DNA from: Hydrurus foetidus
Lineage: Eukaryota
Direction of reading: 5' to 3'
DNA: 55,694 bases
Assembly (NCBI GenBank): GCA_900617105.1
Contig: UYFQ01000005.1
Location: forward strand, 558,001-613,694
Shown: piece by piece, positions 10,892 to 21,300 of the stretch
Numbering within the stretch: the stretch's first letter is position 1
Layout of the letters: the number at the start of each line of letters is the position of its first letter
Notes under the pieces: model-generated
What the model was told of the DNA's origin: nothing
Database searches by the model: none
The model's input: the letters and a program-made list of their open reading frames with translations, nothing else
Made by a program: the position numbers and the translations under genes

Positions 10892-11707
10892 CTAAACCGG
10901 CTGCTCGCCATCGGCGTACACCGTTTGTGAAGCTTTGCGCATGAAGGCACCCGCCGGGCTGTTTTGCACCACACCGCTGCCGGTCAGACCGAGGAATTTG
11001 CCGGTGGAGCGCATCGTCTCGAAATTGAAGAAAAACACCGATGCCACCGGAATCAAAAACTCCCGGAAGGTGAAGATGTACTGCTGGTCGTCAAACTTAT
11101 AGTACGTGGCCAAATCCACATCACCATGACCGCGCTGCACGCCCACCAGGCATTGCCAGCAGTAGCGTTGGGCGCTCAGGTAGGTGTGCTCGTAGGTGTG
11201 CTGGGGGCTGTAGGTTTGCCAGGTGCGCAAGCCAATCAAATCGCGGGTTTCATGGGGCACCCGGCCCGTCGCCTGTGCCGCATCCCCGCCCAGCGTACCC
11301 ACCAAAAACTGCTGCGCCACACGCGGCTCGGCACCGGCGACTTCTGCACTGCGCACCTGCGTGGGAATGGCCAGCACGCGCAGTGTGTCGGTGTTGACGA
11401 TCAAGGTCAGGGCGTGCAATGGCTGAGCCGCAAAGGTGATGTCCACAAAAAACGTGGCCTGGGCAACTTCAACGGCTTCACACCAGTCACGGCCTTCGCC
11501 GGGCTGCTCACCCGAAGCCGTCCAATGCACCGTGTGACGGGATTCAAACGTCAGCATCAAAACCGACTGCGGCAGCCTCACGGTCAAGGTTTTGCCGACC
11601 AAGGCATCGCTCATCGGTAAACGGTTGGTGGCGATGCCTGCTGCAAATTCGTCGTAAGACTTCCAGCCGTCGGGCTGTGCTTGTGCTTTTTCTGGTGCTT
11701 GTGCCAT
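10892..11707 (-). CDS. MoaF-family protein (monoamine-regulon MoaF; function unknown)
   Basis: YSPQHTYEHTYL...YCWQCLVGVQRGHGDVD...FTFREFLIPV...STGK matches the MoaF C-domain pattern; lies directly downstream of an SDR, as in moaEF. Confidence 0.7.
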   Translation of the reverse strand: MAQAPEKAQAQPDGWKSYDEFAAGIATNRLPMSDALVGKTLTVRLPQSVLMLTFESRHTVHWTASGEQPGEGRDWCEAVEVAQATFFVDITFAAQPLHALTLIVNTDTLRVLAIPTQVRSAEVAGAEPRVAQQFLVGTLGGDAAQATGRVPHETRDLIGLRTWQTYSPQHTYEHTYLSAQRYCWQCLVGVQRGHGDVDLATYYKFDDQQYIFTFREFLIPVASVFFFNFETMRSTGKFLGLTGSGVVQNSPAGAFMRKASQTVYADGEQPV

Positions 11708-11739
11708 GGTGAAGGTCTCCGTGAAACGGTGAAGAAGGT

Positions 11740-12558
11740 TCAGGCCGCAGGCGAAAGTGCAGGGGCGAAGGCGATGGTGGGCAGGTCTACCGCAGAGGCG
11801 CCGCCATCCACCATCAGGTAGCTGCCCGTGACCATGGAAGCCTGCGGAGATGCCAAAAACAGCACCGCGTGGGCCACGTCAGCCACCTCTGCGGGACGGC
11901 CCAGGGGCACATCTTGGGTAACTTTGCGGTAGGCGGCATCCACGTCGGGCAGCTGGTACTTGTCGATCAACACGCCCATTTGTTCGTCCGCCATGTCGGT
12001 GCGCACCCAGCCAGGGCACACCGCGTTGACGCGCACACCGGCACGGCCATAGTCACGCGCCATAGAGCGGGTCAAACCGATCAGCGCGTGTTTCATGGTG
12101 ACGTAACCCACCACCCCCGGCCCAGCAAAATGCCCGGCCAATGAGGACAACACCACAATGTTGCCTTGGCGCGCCACCAGCTCGGGCATCAGCTCGCGGG
12201 AGCACACAAAAGCGGTGTCCAGGTTGAGGCGGGTAGACAAGGCCCATGAGGCGTCATCGGTTTCCAGCAGGCTGCCCACACCGTGGCCACCCGCGTTGGC
12301 CACCAGCACATCTACACCGCCAAAAGCTACTTTTGCAGCCTGCAATGCGGCACGCACATCGGTGGCGCTGGCGGCATCCCCTGCCACCACAATGACATGC
12401 GCCTCACCCAGGGCCACAGCCACCGCTTGCAGCGGTTCTTTGCGCCGCCCCATCAGCACGACTTTGCCACCCGCCTGCACAAATTGCTGAGCCACTTCGG
12501 CACCGATGCCCGTGCCTCCTCCGGTGATGAAGGCCACCTTGCCGTTAAAAATACCCAT
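11740..12558 (-). CDS. Short-chain dehydrogenase/reductase (MoaE-like)
   Basis: TGGGTGIG, ANAG, YVTMK (YxxxK), VNAVCPGWVRT. Confidence 0.9.
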   Translation of the reverse strand: MGIFNGKVAFITGGGTGIGAEVAQQFVQAGGKVVLMGRRKEPLQAVAVALGEAHVIVVAGDAASATDVRAALQAAKVAFGGVDVLVANAGGHGVGSLLETDDASWALSTRLNLDTAFVCSRELMPELVARQGNIVVLSSLAGHFAGPGVVGYVTMKHALIGLTRSMARDYGRAGVRVNAVCPGWVRTDMADEQMGVLIDKYQLPDVDAAYRKVTQDVPLGRPAEVADVAHAVLFLASPQASMVTGSYLMVDGGASAVDLPTIAFAPALSPAA

Positions 12559-12581
12559 GATGTTTGTCCTATAGATGAGTT

Positions 12582-14183
12582 TCAGTGACCAGCCAAGATG
12601 AACTCTGCGCAGCGTTCGGCGATCATGATGGTGGGCGCATTGGTGTTGCCACTGACCAGCGTGGGCATGACCGAGGCATCACACACCCGCAAGCGCGGCA
12701 CGCCGTGGACGCGCAAGGTGGGACTGACCACCGCAGCGGCATCGGTGCCCATCTTGCAAGTGCCTGCCGGGTGGTAAACCGTCTTGGCGTACTGGCGACA
12801 AAACTGCTGCAATTCAGCATCGGGCAGCTCAGCTTGCTTGCCTGGGCGCAGCTCGTCGCTCACCACTTTTTGCATGCTGGGCGCACGCAATATGCGCCGC
12901 GCCAGTTTGAGGCCCCGCACCAGGGTGTCCAGATCGGCAGAATCGTTGAAGCAACCACTGTCAAACACAGCAGGGTCGCGTGAGTCCGCAGTGCGGGCCT
13001 GCACCCGACCACGGGATTGAGGGCGCAAAAAGCAAGGGTTGATGGAGATACCGTGGCCATCAGGCGGTGGGCGGTCTACATCACCCACCATCACGGGCAG
13101 CACATGGAACTGGATGTCGGGACGACCTGTGCCATTGGTGTCGGCAAAGCCACCGCACTCCACCACGTTAGAGGTCAGCAAGCCGGTTTTGAACAACTCC
13201 CATTGCAGGCCGTGTTTGAGCGCGGTCAATCCCTTGTCTTGCCCCAGCAAACTGATCGCCTCACGGCACTGGCCGTTGGTGGTAATTTCCAAATGGTCTT
13301 GAAAGTTTTCGCCCACACCAGGCAGGTGCTTGAGCACAGGAACGCCGATTTTTTGCAGCAGATCCGCCGGGCCAACGCCCGAGACCTGCAGCAGTTTTGG
13401 CGTAGCCAGTGCGCCTGCGGTCAGCACCACTTCACGGCGGGCCGTGGCGGTGATGATGGGGCCATCACCATCACCACCACGGCGGTATTCGACACCACTG
13501 GCTGCACCGTCTATGAAAGTGATGCGCTGCACATGGGCATGGTTGACCACCTTGAGACGGGGGTTGCCTTTGACGGCGGCAAGGTAGGTGTCGGCGGTGC
13601 TGGCGCGGCGGCCTTCAAAGGTGGTGGTTTGGTACACCCCCACGCCCACCTGGCTGTCGCCATTGAAATCGGTGTTGTGCGGCAAGCCGACCTCTTGGCC
13701 CGCTTGCACAAAGGCCTTGCTCAAGGCATGTTGGTAGCGTGTATCACTGACGGGCAGCAGGCCATCAGTGCCATGCAGAGAGCCAGACAACCGCTGGTTG
13801 CGTTCCGTGCGTTTGAACACCGGTAGCACATCGTCCCAGCCCCAGCCGGTACACCCGGCGGCGGCCCAGTCGTTGTAATCGGTGGCATTGCCCCGGATGT
13901 AGACCATCGCGTTGACGGAGCTGCCCCCGCCATTGGTGCGCCCCTGCGGCACAAACATTTTGCGGTTATCGGCAAACGGCTGAGGTTCCGTTTCGTACAC
14001 CCAGGTGCGCTGTGTGCCAATCACCCGCACAAAGGTCGCGGGGATGTGGATGAACTTGCTGTTGTCGCGCGGGCCTGCTTCCAGCAGCAGCACAGTGTGC
14101 CCCGCCGTCACCAGCCGGTGGGCCATGACGCAGCCAGCAGAGCCTGCCCCCACCACCACAAAATCAAAACTTTGCGTACTCAT
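12582..14183 (-). CDS. GMC-family FAD oxidoreductase (choline/alcohol dehydrogenase-like)
   Basis: VGAGSAG, GGGSSVNAMVYIRG, GENFQDH, YHPAGTC, GNTNAPTIMIAE. Confidence 0.92.
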   Translation of the reverse strand: MSTQSFDFVVVGAGSAGCVMAHRLVTAGHTVLLLEAGPRDNSKFIHIPATFVRVIGTQRTWVYETEPQPFADNRKMFVPQGRTNGGGSSVNAMVYIRGNATDYNDWAAAGCTGWGWDDVLPVFKRTERNQRLSGSLHGTDGLLPVSDTRYQHALSKAFVQAGQEVGLPHNTDFNGDSQVGVGVYQTTTFEGRRASTADTYLAAVKGNPRLKVVNHAHVQRITFIDGAASGVEYRRGGDGDGPIITATARREVVLTAGALATPKLLQVSGVGPADLLQKIGVPVLKHLPGVGENFQDHLEITTNGQCREAISLLGQDKGLTALKHGLQWELFKTGLLTSNVVECGGFADTNGTGRPDIQFHVLPVMVGDVDRPPPDGHGISINPCFLRPQSRGRVQARTADSRDPAVFDSGCFNDSADLDTLVRGLKLARRILRAPSMQKVVSDELRPGKQAELPDAELQQFCRQYAKTVYHPAGTCKMGTDAAAVVSPTLRVHGVPRLRVCDASVMPTLVSGNTNAPTIMIAERCAEFILAGH

Positions 14184-14373
14184 CGTGTGCCCATCTCGGT
14201 AGTCCTTGTGCTGTCAAGGCTTCGAGTGTTGCACCGCTTGGACGCAATCACAAGGCATTACGGGGCATTACCTCCTGCGGGGCACCGTCGGTCAATGCAA
14301 AGTACGCAGTGGGTGAATTCGGCGCTGAGACGGTTGAAACGCGCTCATGTTTCAACCCGCTTTTATCTCGCTT

Positions 14374-15768
14374 TTATCCCGCCACAGGCACCCGCATCGT
14401 CACAAACTCCTCCGCCGCTGTGGGGTGGATACCCATCGTGCTGTCAAACACCGCCTTGGTCGCGCCCGCTTTCATCGCCACGGCAAAGCCCTGCACCACC
14501 TCACCCGCGTCAGCACCCACCATGTGCAAGCCCACCACGCGGTCGCTGGCGGTGTCCACAATCAGCTTCATCAGCGTGCGCTCGGTGCTGCCGCTCAGCG
14601 TGTGCTTGAGCGCTTTGAATTCGCTTTTGAACACCGTGATCTGACCGAACTTGGCCCGCGCCTCGGCCTCACCAAAACCCACGGTGCCGATGTTGGGGTG
14701 GGTGAAAACAGCCGTGGGGATGAAGTCATAAGCCATTTGCTTTTGCCCGCTGCCAAACAGGTGATCGACCAGCTGCATCGCCTCGCCCAGCGCCACCGGG
14801 GTCAGCTGCATGCGGGCGGTGACATCGCCCAGCGCGTAAATCGACGGTACTGAGGTTTGGTACTGTGCGTTCACCTCGATCGCACCATCTTGGCGCTGTT
14901 TGACCCCCACAGCGCCAAGCCCCAGGCCCGCCACCAGCGGCACACGGCCTGTGGCGTAGAGCACCGCATCCACCGTCACCGAGCTGCCATCTTCCAGCGC
15001 CACCACCAAACCTTGCGCGGTGCGCGTGATGTTCGCCACATCCGCATTCAGCCGCAAATCCACGCCCGCTTTGCGCACCTCAGCCGCGAGGAAGTGGCGC
15101 ACCTCGTCATCAAACCCACGCAGCACCTGCTCGCCCCGGTAAAGCTGCGTGACTTGCGAGCCCAGGCCGTTGAAGATGGACGCGAATTCGCACGCGATGT
15201 AGCCCCCGCCCACCACCAGTAGGCGCTGCGGGAAGGGTTCCAAATCAAACAGCTCGTTCGAGGTGATGACCAGTTCTCGCCCTGCAATGTCAGGCACGCT
15301 GGGGGTGCCGCCGGTAGCGATGAGGATGTTTTTGGCGCTGTAGTTTTTCTCACCCACGGCATCTTTATCGACACCTTTGACCGCCACGGTGTGCGCATCC
15401 ACCAGCGTCGCCCAGCCGGTGATGAGCTGCACGCCCGCGCCGGTCAGCAGATTCTGGTAAACGCCGTTCAGCCGGGTGATCTCCTTGGCGCGGTTGGCCT
15501 TGAGTACCGGCCAATTGAAACGCGGCGGCACTGGGACAGACCAGCCAAACCCAGCCGCCTCGTGAAACGCTTCGGCGTAATGCGCGGCGTAGCTGTAGAG
15601 CTTTTTAGGGATGCAGCCCACGTTAACGCAAGTGCCCCCCAACGCCCCGCCCTCCACCACCGCCACACGCGCCCCGCGCTGCGCCGCCATGCGGGCAGCA
15701 CGCACACCACCGCTGCCGCCACCAATGACGAGCAAATCAAACTCAAAAGGGGAATTCACGCCATTCAT
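14374..15768 (-). CDS. gor: Glutathione-disulfide reductase
   Basis: IGGGSGG, GGTCVNVGCIPKK redox disulfide, GGGYIACEFA, LTPVA, C-terminal HPTAAEE. Confidence 0.92.
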   Translation of the reverse strand: MNGVNSPFEFDLLVIGGGSGGVRAARMAAQRGARVAVVEGGALGGTCVNVGCIPKKLYSYAAHYAEAFHEAAGFGWSVPVPPRFNWPVLKANRAKEITRLNGVYQNLLTGAGVQLITGWATLVDAHTVAVKGVDKDAVGEKNYSAKNILIATGGTPSVPDIAGRELVITSNELFDLEPFPQRLLVVGGGYIACEFASIFNGLGSQVTQLYRGEQVLRGFDDEVRHFLAAEVRKAGVDLRLNADVANITRTAQGLVVALEDGSSVTVDAVLYATGRVPLVAGLGLGAVGVKQRQDGAIEVNAQYQTSVPSIYALGDVTARMQLTPVALGEAMQLVDHLFGSGQKQMAYDFIPTAVFTHPNIGTVGFGEAEARAKFGQITVFKSEFKALKHTLSGSTERTLMKLIVDTASDRVVGLHMVGADAGEVVQGFAVAMKAGATKAVFDSTMGIHPTAAEEFVTMRVPVAG

Positions 15769-15860
15769 ACTGTTCCTTCACATCGTTTCGTTAAGACCTG
15801 TGTAGCATCTTGGCATGATTTGCTTCCATTCAAGACGATGACCGCACCACCCTGTTCGAC

Positions 15861-16267
15861 CGCCCCGTGCTGATCAAAGGCGAACTGACCCATTGGCCCG
15901 CCTACCAGCGCTTTCACCGACGGGCTGGTCTAGCAAGGCATCACCCAAGGCCGCCCACACCGTGACCGGCCTGCACAACGACTTCCCGCACAACTGGTTT
16001 TGCCAACTGCGCGGCGTGAAAGAGTTCATCTTGTTCCCGCCCGACCAAAGCGTGTACCTGTGCCCCGCCAAAAAATACGACTGGGGTGCCACGTTGAGCG
16101 ACATCAACATCGCCCAACTGCACACCCCAGCACAAGCCACCGATCGCGCCCAATTCGCCAAAACCAAAGGCATTTACGCCCGAGTAGAAGCCGGTGACGC
16201 CCTCTTCATGACCAAACGCACCTGGCACGCCGTGGTATCCCACCAGCCCTCAGCCAGTAGTTGGTGA
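15861..16267 (+). pseudogene. Cupin-like/JmjC (2OG-Fe) hydroxylase remnant
   Basis: RPVLIKGELTHWPA in one frame, then TGLHNDFPHNWFCQLRGVKEFILFPP...GDALF..RTWHAV in another; internally deleted and next to IS debris. Confidence 0.65.
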
Positions 16268-16293
16268 AACGGCAAACTGCCAATAGATCCATG

Positions 16294-16655
16294 AAGGGTG
16301 TGAGAAGTTTTGTGTAAACGGTCTTTTGGCAGGAAACTGCTGCCTTGCATGGTGCGAAGATGACCGTAGAACAGAAACCCTTCCCCACCGAGCTGATTGA
16401 CGCATTGCTGGCTGGCTAAAAAACAGAGGATTTGATTGGCCAGCATGGCCTGTTGAAGCAACTCACCAAAGCCTTGGCCGAGCGGGCTTTGCAGGCCGAA
16501 ATGACCGACCACCTCGGTCACGGCAAGAACCAACTGGTCACCAATGAATCCGGCAACGGGCGCAGCAAAAAGACCTTCAAAGGCGACTTTGGCGAGTTGC
16601 CCATAGAACACCCCCGTGATCGCGCTGGCACCTTTGAGTCCCAACTGATGATATC
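16294..16655 (+). mobile_element. Truncated IS256-family element (5' end and decayed transposase start)
   Basis: aagggtgtgagaagttttgtgtaaacggtc nearly identical to the end of the intact IS256 at 51491; MTVEQKP...IGQHGLLKQLTKAL frame interrupted by TAA. Confidence 0.85.
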
Positions 16656-16658
16656 CTG

Positions 16659-16918
16659 ATGCGCCAGAATAAATACGTTGAACAGGATCACCGGGCCGTC
16701 AAAAGAGTTACCCAGCTGATGCTTGGATTCAAGTCGTCTTGGAGTACTCGAATCGTCATCGCCGGAATCGAAACCATGCACATGATCAAGAAGGGGCAGA
16801 GGGACTACTCAAAAGGATCCACCAAGTCTGCAGCACAGCAGTTCTACAGCCTCGCCGTTTGATCAGCAGTCCAATCGAACTACTACTTTCGGCCAGACTC
16901 CACTAATGCGACAAAACC
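16659..16918 (+). mobile_element. IS6-family remnant (transposase C-terminus and right IR)
   Basis: NKYVEQDHRAVKR...GFKS...GIETMHMIKKGQ; terminal gcgacaaaacc ends at 16918. Confidence 0.8.
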
Positions 16919-16950
16919 CAGGCAATTGCCCACTGCTCGCGTAGATGTCA

Positions 16951-18393
16951 TCATTGTTTGGCGACCTCAGCGACGTCCAGACCACCCGCCATGGCAACGT
17001 AGCAACGTGCCGTGGCTAGGGCCAGATCCCGTTTGGCGAGCACAACTTGTTCATTGGCCGCCAGGGATGCCCGATCCGCCTCCAAAACGCCCAGCAGACT
17101 TTCAGCACCCTCCTGGTAGCGAATGCGCGTCAGACGGGCACTCTCTTGCGTCAGACTATGGGCCGTGTTGAGATCTTCGCTGCGCTTGCGCATTTGGGCC
17201 CAGTTGGAGAGGGCGGAATCGGTTTCTTCCAGGGCGACTGCAACCACTTTGTCGAAGTTGGCACTGGCTACCTGCATGTCAGCGCCGGCTGCGCGCAATT
17301 GTGCCCGCCGGGCACCACCATCAAACAAGGGCAAGGAAAAGCCGGCACCCAGCCGCCAACGACCAGCCTCGCTGCCCAGCCAGTCGCCAGCGATGCCGGC
17401 ACCGCCCAGCATGGACAGCAGGCTCACCCTCGGGAAGAGGTCGGCCTGCGCAATGCCTTCGCGCGCAGCGGCCACTGCCATGGCCCGCTCGGCAGCCCGG
17501 ACATCCGGACGGCGCAGCAGCAAGCGCGCTGGCTCGTCCACCAGCATTACCCTTGGCAGCTGAAGCGGCACAGGTCGATCCAACATGGCAAGCATGGGTG
17601 CATCCAGCCGTTGCCCGGTGAGGGTCGCCAGGCGATTGCGGGCCGTGCGTTCTTGCGCATGTAAACCCGGCAAGCGCGAACCCACCAGCCGGAGTTGCCC
17701 CTCGTATCGTATGCGCTCTACAGGTGCAACGCTGCCTTCACGTTCGCGCATGCGAATCAGCGTCAGTGTCTCCTCCTGCATATCCAACTGCCGTTGAATG
17801 TTGGCAGCCAACATCTGGGCGCCGCGCAGCTCCAGATAGGACTCAACCACCTGGGCCAATATCGCGCGTCGTACGTCGTCACTCAGTGCTGCACGCTCGT
17901 CTGCGGAGAATTGAACGGCTTCGATGCTGTGGCTGACACGCCCGAAGAGGTCCAACTCCCACGCCATCGTAGCTTGCCATTGGACTGGGTCCACAATGCT
18001 GGGCACACCGCTGCGACTTTCAACCGCAGCGAGTCGCACATGGCTAGCCTCCGCACCCAGCGTGGCGCCAGGTAAGCGTGCGCCCTGCGCTGCCTGCAGC
18101 TGTTCGCGTGAAGATGCAAGCCGGGCCACACTGGCCCGCAGGTCATAGTTGTTTTTCCATGCCAGTCGCACCAAGCTATCCAGCTGTTCATCGCCCAGTT
18201 GGGTCCACCACAGCGCCAGGGGCGTGTCAGACGCCAGCGCCTCTACCGCGCGGGCCGAAGGCAAGGTCGTCAGATGATCGGCCTGTAAAGAGGGCGCCTG
18301 GTAAGGAACGGTACTGGAACACGCGCCAAGAATGATCGCGGTCAACAGAACGGACCAGCGCATAGCAAGGGTAGGTATTGCCGGTGTTTTCAT
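16951..18393 (-). CDS. Outer-membrane efflux lipoprotein (NodT/OprM-like)
   Basis: Lipobox LGAC, WWTQLGD, WELDLFG, LLRRPDVRAAER, LPLFDGG. Confidence 0.92.
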   Translation of the reverse strand: MKTPAIPTLAMRWSVLLTAIILGACSSTVPYQAPSLQADHLTTLPSARAVEALASDTPLALWWTQLGDEQLDSLVRLAWKNNYDLRASVARLASSREQLQAAQGARLPGATLGAEASHVRLAAVESRSGVPSIVDPVQWQATMAWELDLFGRVSHSIEAVQFSADERAALSDDVRRAILAQVVESYLELRGAQMLAANIQRQLDMQEETLTLIRMREREGSVAPVERIRYEGQLRLVGSRLPGLHAQERTARNRLATLTGQRLDAPMLAMLDRPVPLQLPRVMLVDEPARLLLRRPDVRAAERAMAVAAAREGIAQADLFPRVSLLSMLGGAGIAGDWLGSEAGRWRLGAGFSLPLFDGGARRAQLRAAGADMQVASANFDKVVAVALEETDSALSNWAQMRKRSEDLNTAHSLTQESARLTRIRYQEGAESLLGVLEADRASLAANEQVVLAKRDLALATARCYVAMAGGLDVAEVAKQ

Positions 18394-21300
18394 GTTTGCA
18401 CTCCATTAGTCTGCGGCGATTGCACGAGCGCCGCGTCGCTACTCTTTCGCGTGAGCAGGGTGAAGAAAAGAGGGGTGAAGAGGAGACCGAAGAGCGTGAC
18501 ACCAATCATTCCGGAGAAGACGGCAGTGCCAACCGACTGGCGCATTTCAGCCCCTGGTCCGGTGGAAAAAACCAGCGGCAGTGAGCCCATCAGGAAGGCC
18601 AAGGACGTCATCAGTATGGGTCGCAGTCGGGAGCGCGCAGCTGCGATGGCAGCTTCACGCGGCGTTGCACCTTCGGCGTGCGCCTGGCGGGCAAACTCGA
18701 CAATCAGGATGGCATTCTTTGCGGCAAGTCCGATGAGCACCACAATGCCAATCTGTGTCAATACATTGTTGTCCAGTCCGCGCCAGGTCACACCCGCCAG
18801 CGCTGCCAGGATGCACATGGGAACAATCAGCACCACGGACAGTGGCAACCACCAGCTTTCAAACAGCGCGGCAAGCAGCAAATAGACGAACAACACGGCA
18901 AGCGTCAGTGCAACCCAGGTGCTGCTGCCTGCCTGCTTCTCCTGTAGCGCAAGCTCTGTCCATTCATAGTCGAAGCCAGCGGGTATCTGCGCGTCCAGCA
19001 TAGACTCCATGGCAGCGATAGTCTCGCCTGTTGAAAATCCCGGCTTGGTGCTGCCCTGAACCTCTGCCGTGGGGTAGAGATTGTAGCGTGGCACCCTGTA
19101 GGGAGCGGTTGTTTGCTGAAAGCTTGCCAGACTGCCCAGGGGAACCATGGCGCCGTTGCTGGAGCGGATCTGCAAGCCCGCCAGGTCGTCCTGGTTGCGG
19201 CGGAAGGGTGCATCGGCCTGGGCGGTGACACGCCATACGCGGCCCATCAGGGTTATGTCGTTGACGAACACGGAGCCCATATAGCTTTGTAGCGCTTCAC
19301 TCACCCTGTCCGGGCTGACGCCCAACAATGCGGACTTGCTGCGGTCCACGTCCACCTTGATTTGCGGCGTCATTGCGTTGAAGGGAGTAAACGCTCCTGC
19401 AACCGATGGCAACTTGGATGCTTTCTCCGTGATGTCACGGGCAACCGCTTGCAGTGCTTGGGGACCCTGCCCCCGGATATCACGAATTTGAAGCTTGAAT
19501 CCGCCTCCAGTACCGATACCACGCACCGCAGGTGGCGGCATCACCATCACCCGTGCATTGCTGATGGGTGCCAGGGTTTTGCGCATGGCTGCGAGCATCG
19601 CGGGACCATCGAGCTGGTCCTTGGCACGATCCTTGAAGTCTTTGAATATCGTAAAGATGACTGCGGCATTAGGTGAAGACGTAAAGGTGGCACCGTCGGT
19701 TCCGGCAAAGGCTGCCGTGTGTGCCACGCCCGCTTGCTTAAGCAAGCGCTGTGCGGCTTCATGCGCTACTTCGGTGGTGCGCTCCAGCGTTGAGCCCGGT
19801 GGCAACTGGATCGATACGATGGCATAGCCACGATCAAGCTGCGGTACAAAGCCGGTGGGCGTGACGGCCAGTCGCCAGGCCGTAAGTCCGACCAGGCCGA
19901 GGTACAAGGGCAACATGAGCCAGCGGCGTGACAAGGTGAAACCCGTCAACTGAACATACCGTCCTGACAGGCGGCCAAACGTTCGGTTGAAGGCCTCTGT
20001 CCATTTGCCACCCAGACCCTGTTGGTGAATCGCCTGCTTGGGCTTTAGCAGCATGGCTGCCAGTGCTGGCGACAGTGTCAAAGAAACCAGGGCAGAGATT
20101 ACAGTAGAAGCTGCAATGGTGACTGCAAATTGTCGATAGAACATGCCCGAAATGCCATCGATAAATGCAGTGGGGACGAACACTGCGACCAGCACCAAGG
20201 CAATGGCAATGAGTGCGAATCCCACCTCACTCATGCCACGGCAGGCGGCCTCGGCTGGACTGAGCCCTTCCTCAATATGGCGCTCCACGTTCTCGACGAC
20301 AACAATGGCATCGTCCACCACGATGCCGATCGCCAGCACGAGACCAAAGAGCGAGAGGGTGTTGAGCGAATAGCCGAGTCCGGCCATGACAGCAAAGGTG
20401 CCAACCAGAGATACCGGGATTGCCAAAATAGGGATCACGGCAGCACGCCAGGAGCCTAGAAAGAGCAGCACGGCAAAACTCACCAGCACCGCAGCTTCAA
20501 ATATCGTATCTTTAACTTTGTCTATGGACGCGCGGATGAATTCGGTCGGGTTGTAGTAGGCGTGGAAGGCCAAATCCTCAGGAAACTCTGCCTTCAACTT
20601 TTCCAGTTGGGCGAGTATCTGGTCGGCAGTTGCCAAAGCGTTCGATCCGGGCTTCTGGCTGATGCTGAATGCGACCGCGTTCTGGTCGTCGACAAAGCCG
20701 CTTTCTGTGTAGTCCTGCGCCCCCATCTCCACGCGGGCGACATCCCGTAAGCGGACAATGCCGCCGTTGGCTGCTGTAGCCACCACAATGGATTTGAATT
20801 CTTCCACGTCATGCAATCGACCTTGTGCCTGAACCTGCACCTGGTAGGCACCATCACTGCCTGCGGGAGGTTGGTTCAACACACCGGCGGCGACCTGTAC
20901 ATTGGCGCGGCGCACCGCTGCAATCACCTCGGGTGCCGTAAGCCCCAAGGAAACAACGCGGGTTGGATCCAGCCATATGCGCATGGAGAAGTCCCGGGCG
21001 CCACGGGTGTAGATGTCACCCACACCCTCCAGCCGAGACAGGGAATCCTTTACCTTGCCGCTGACAAAGTTGGAAATGTATTGCTGGTCGTGTGTTCCTT
21101 TGGGTGACACAAACATTACAACCATCAGCTGGTCGGGAGAGGCTTTCTTGATGGAAACCCCCAGACGACGCACCTCTTCGGGCAGGCGGGACTCTGCAAT
21201 GGAGACCCGGTTCTGCACCAGGGATTGGGCTTCATCGACATTGGTGCCCGGCTTGAAGACAACGCTGATGGCCAGCTTGCCATCGCCCACCGACTGGGAC

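Noticed and set aside
10892..11707. MoaF as a molybdenum cofactor biosynthesis gene
   Set aside because: The name derives from the monoamine regulon moaEF, and no Moco genes or molybdoenzymes are nearby
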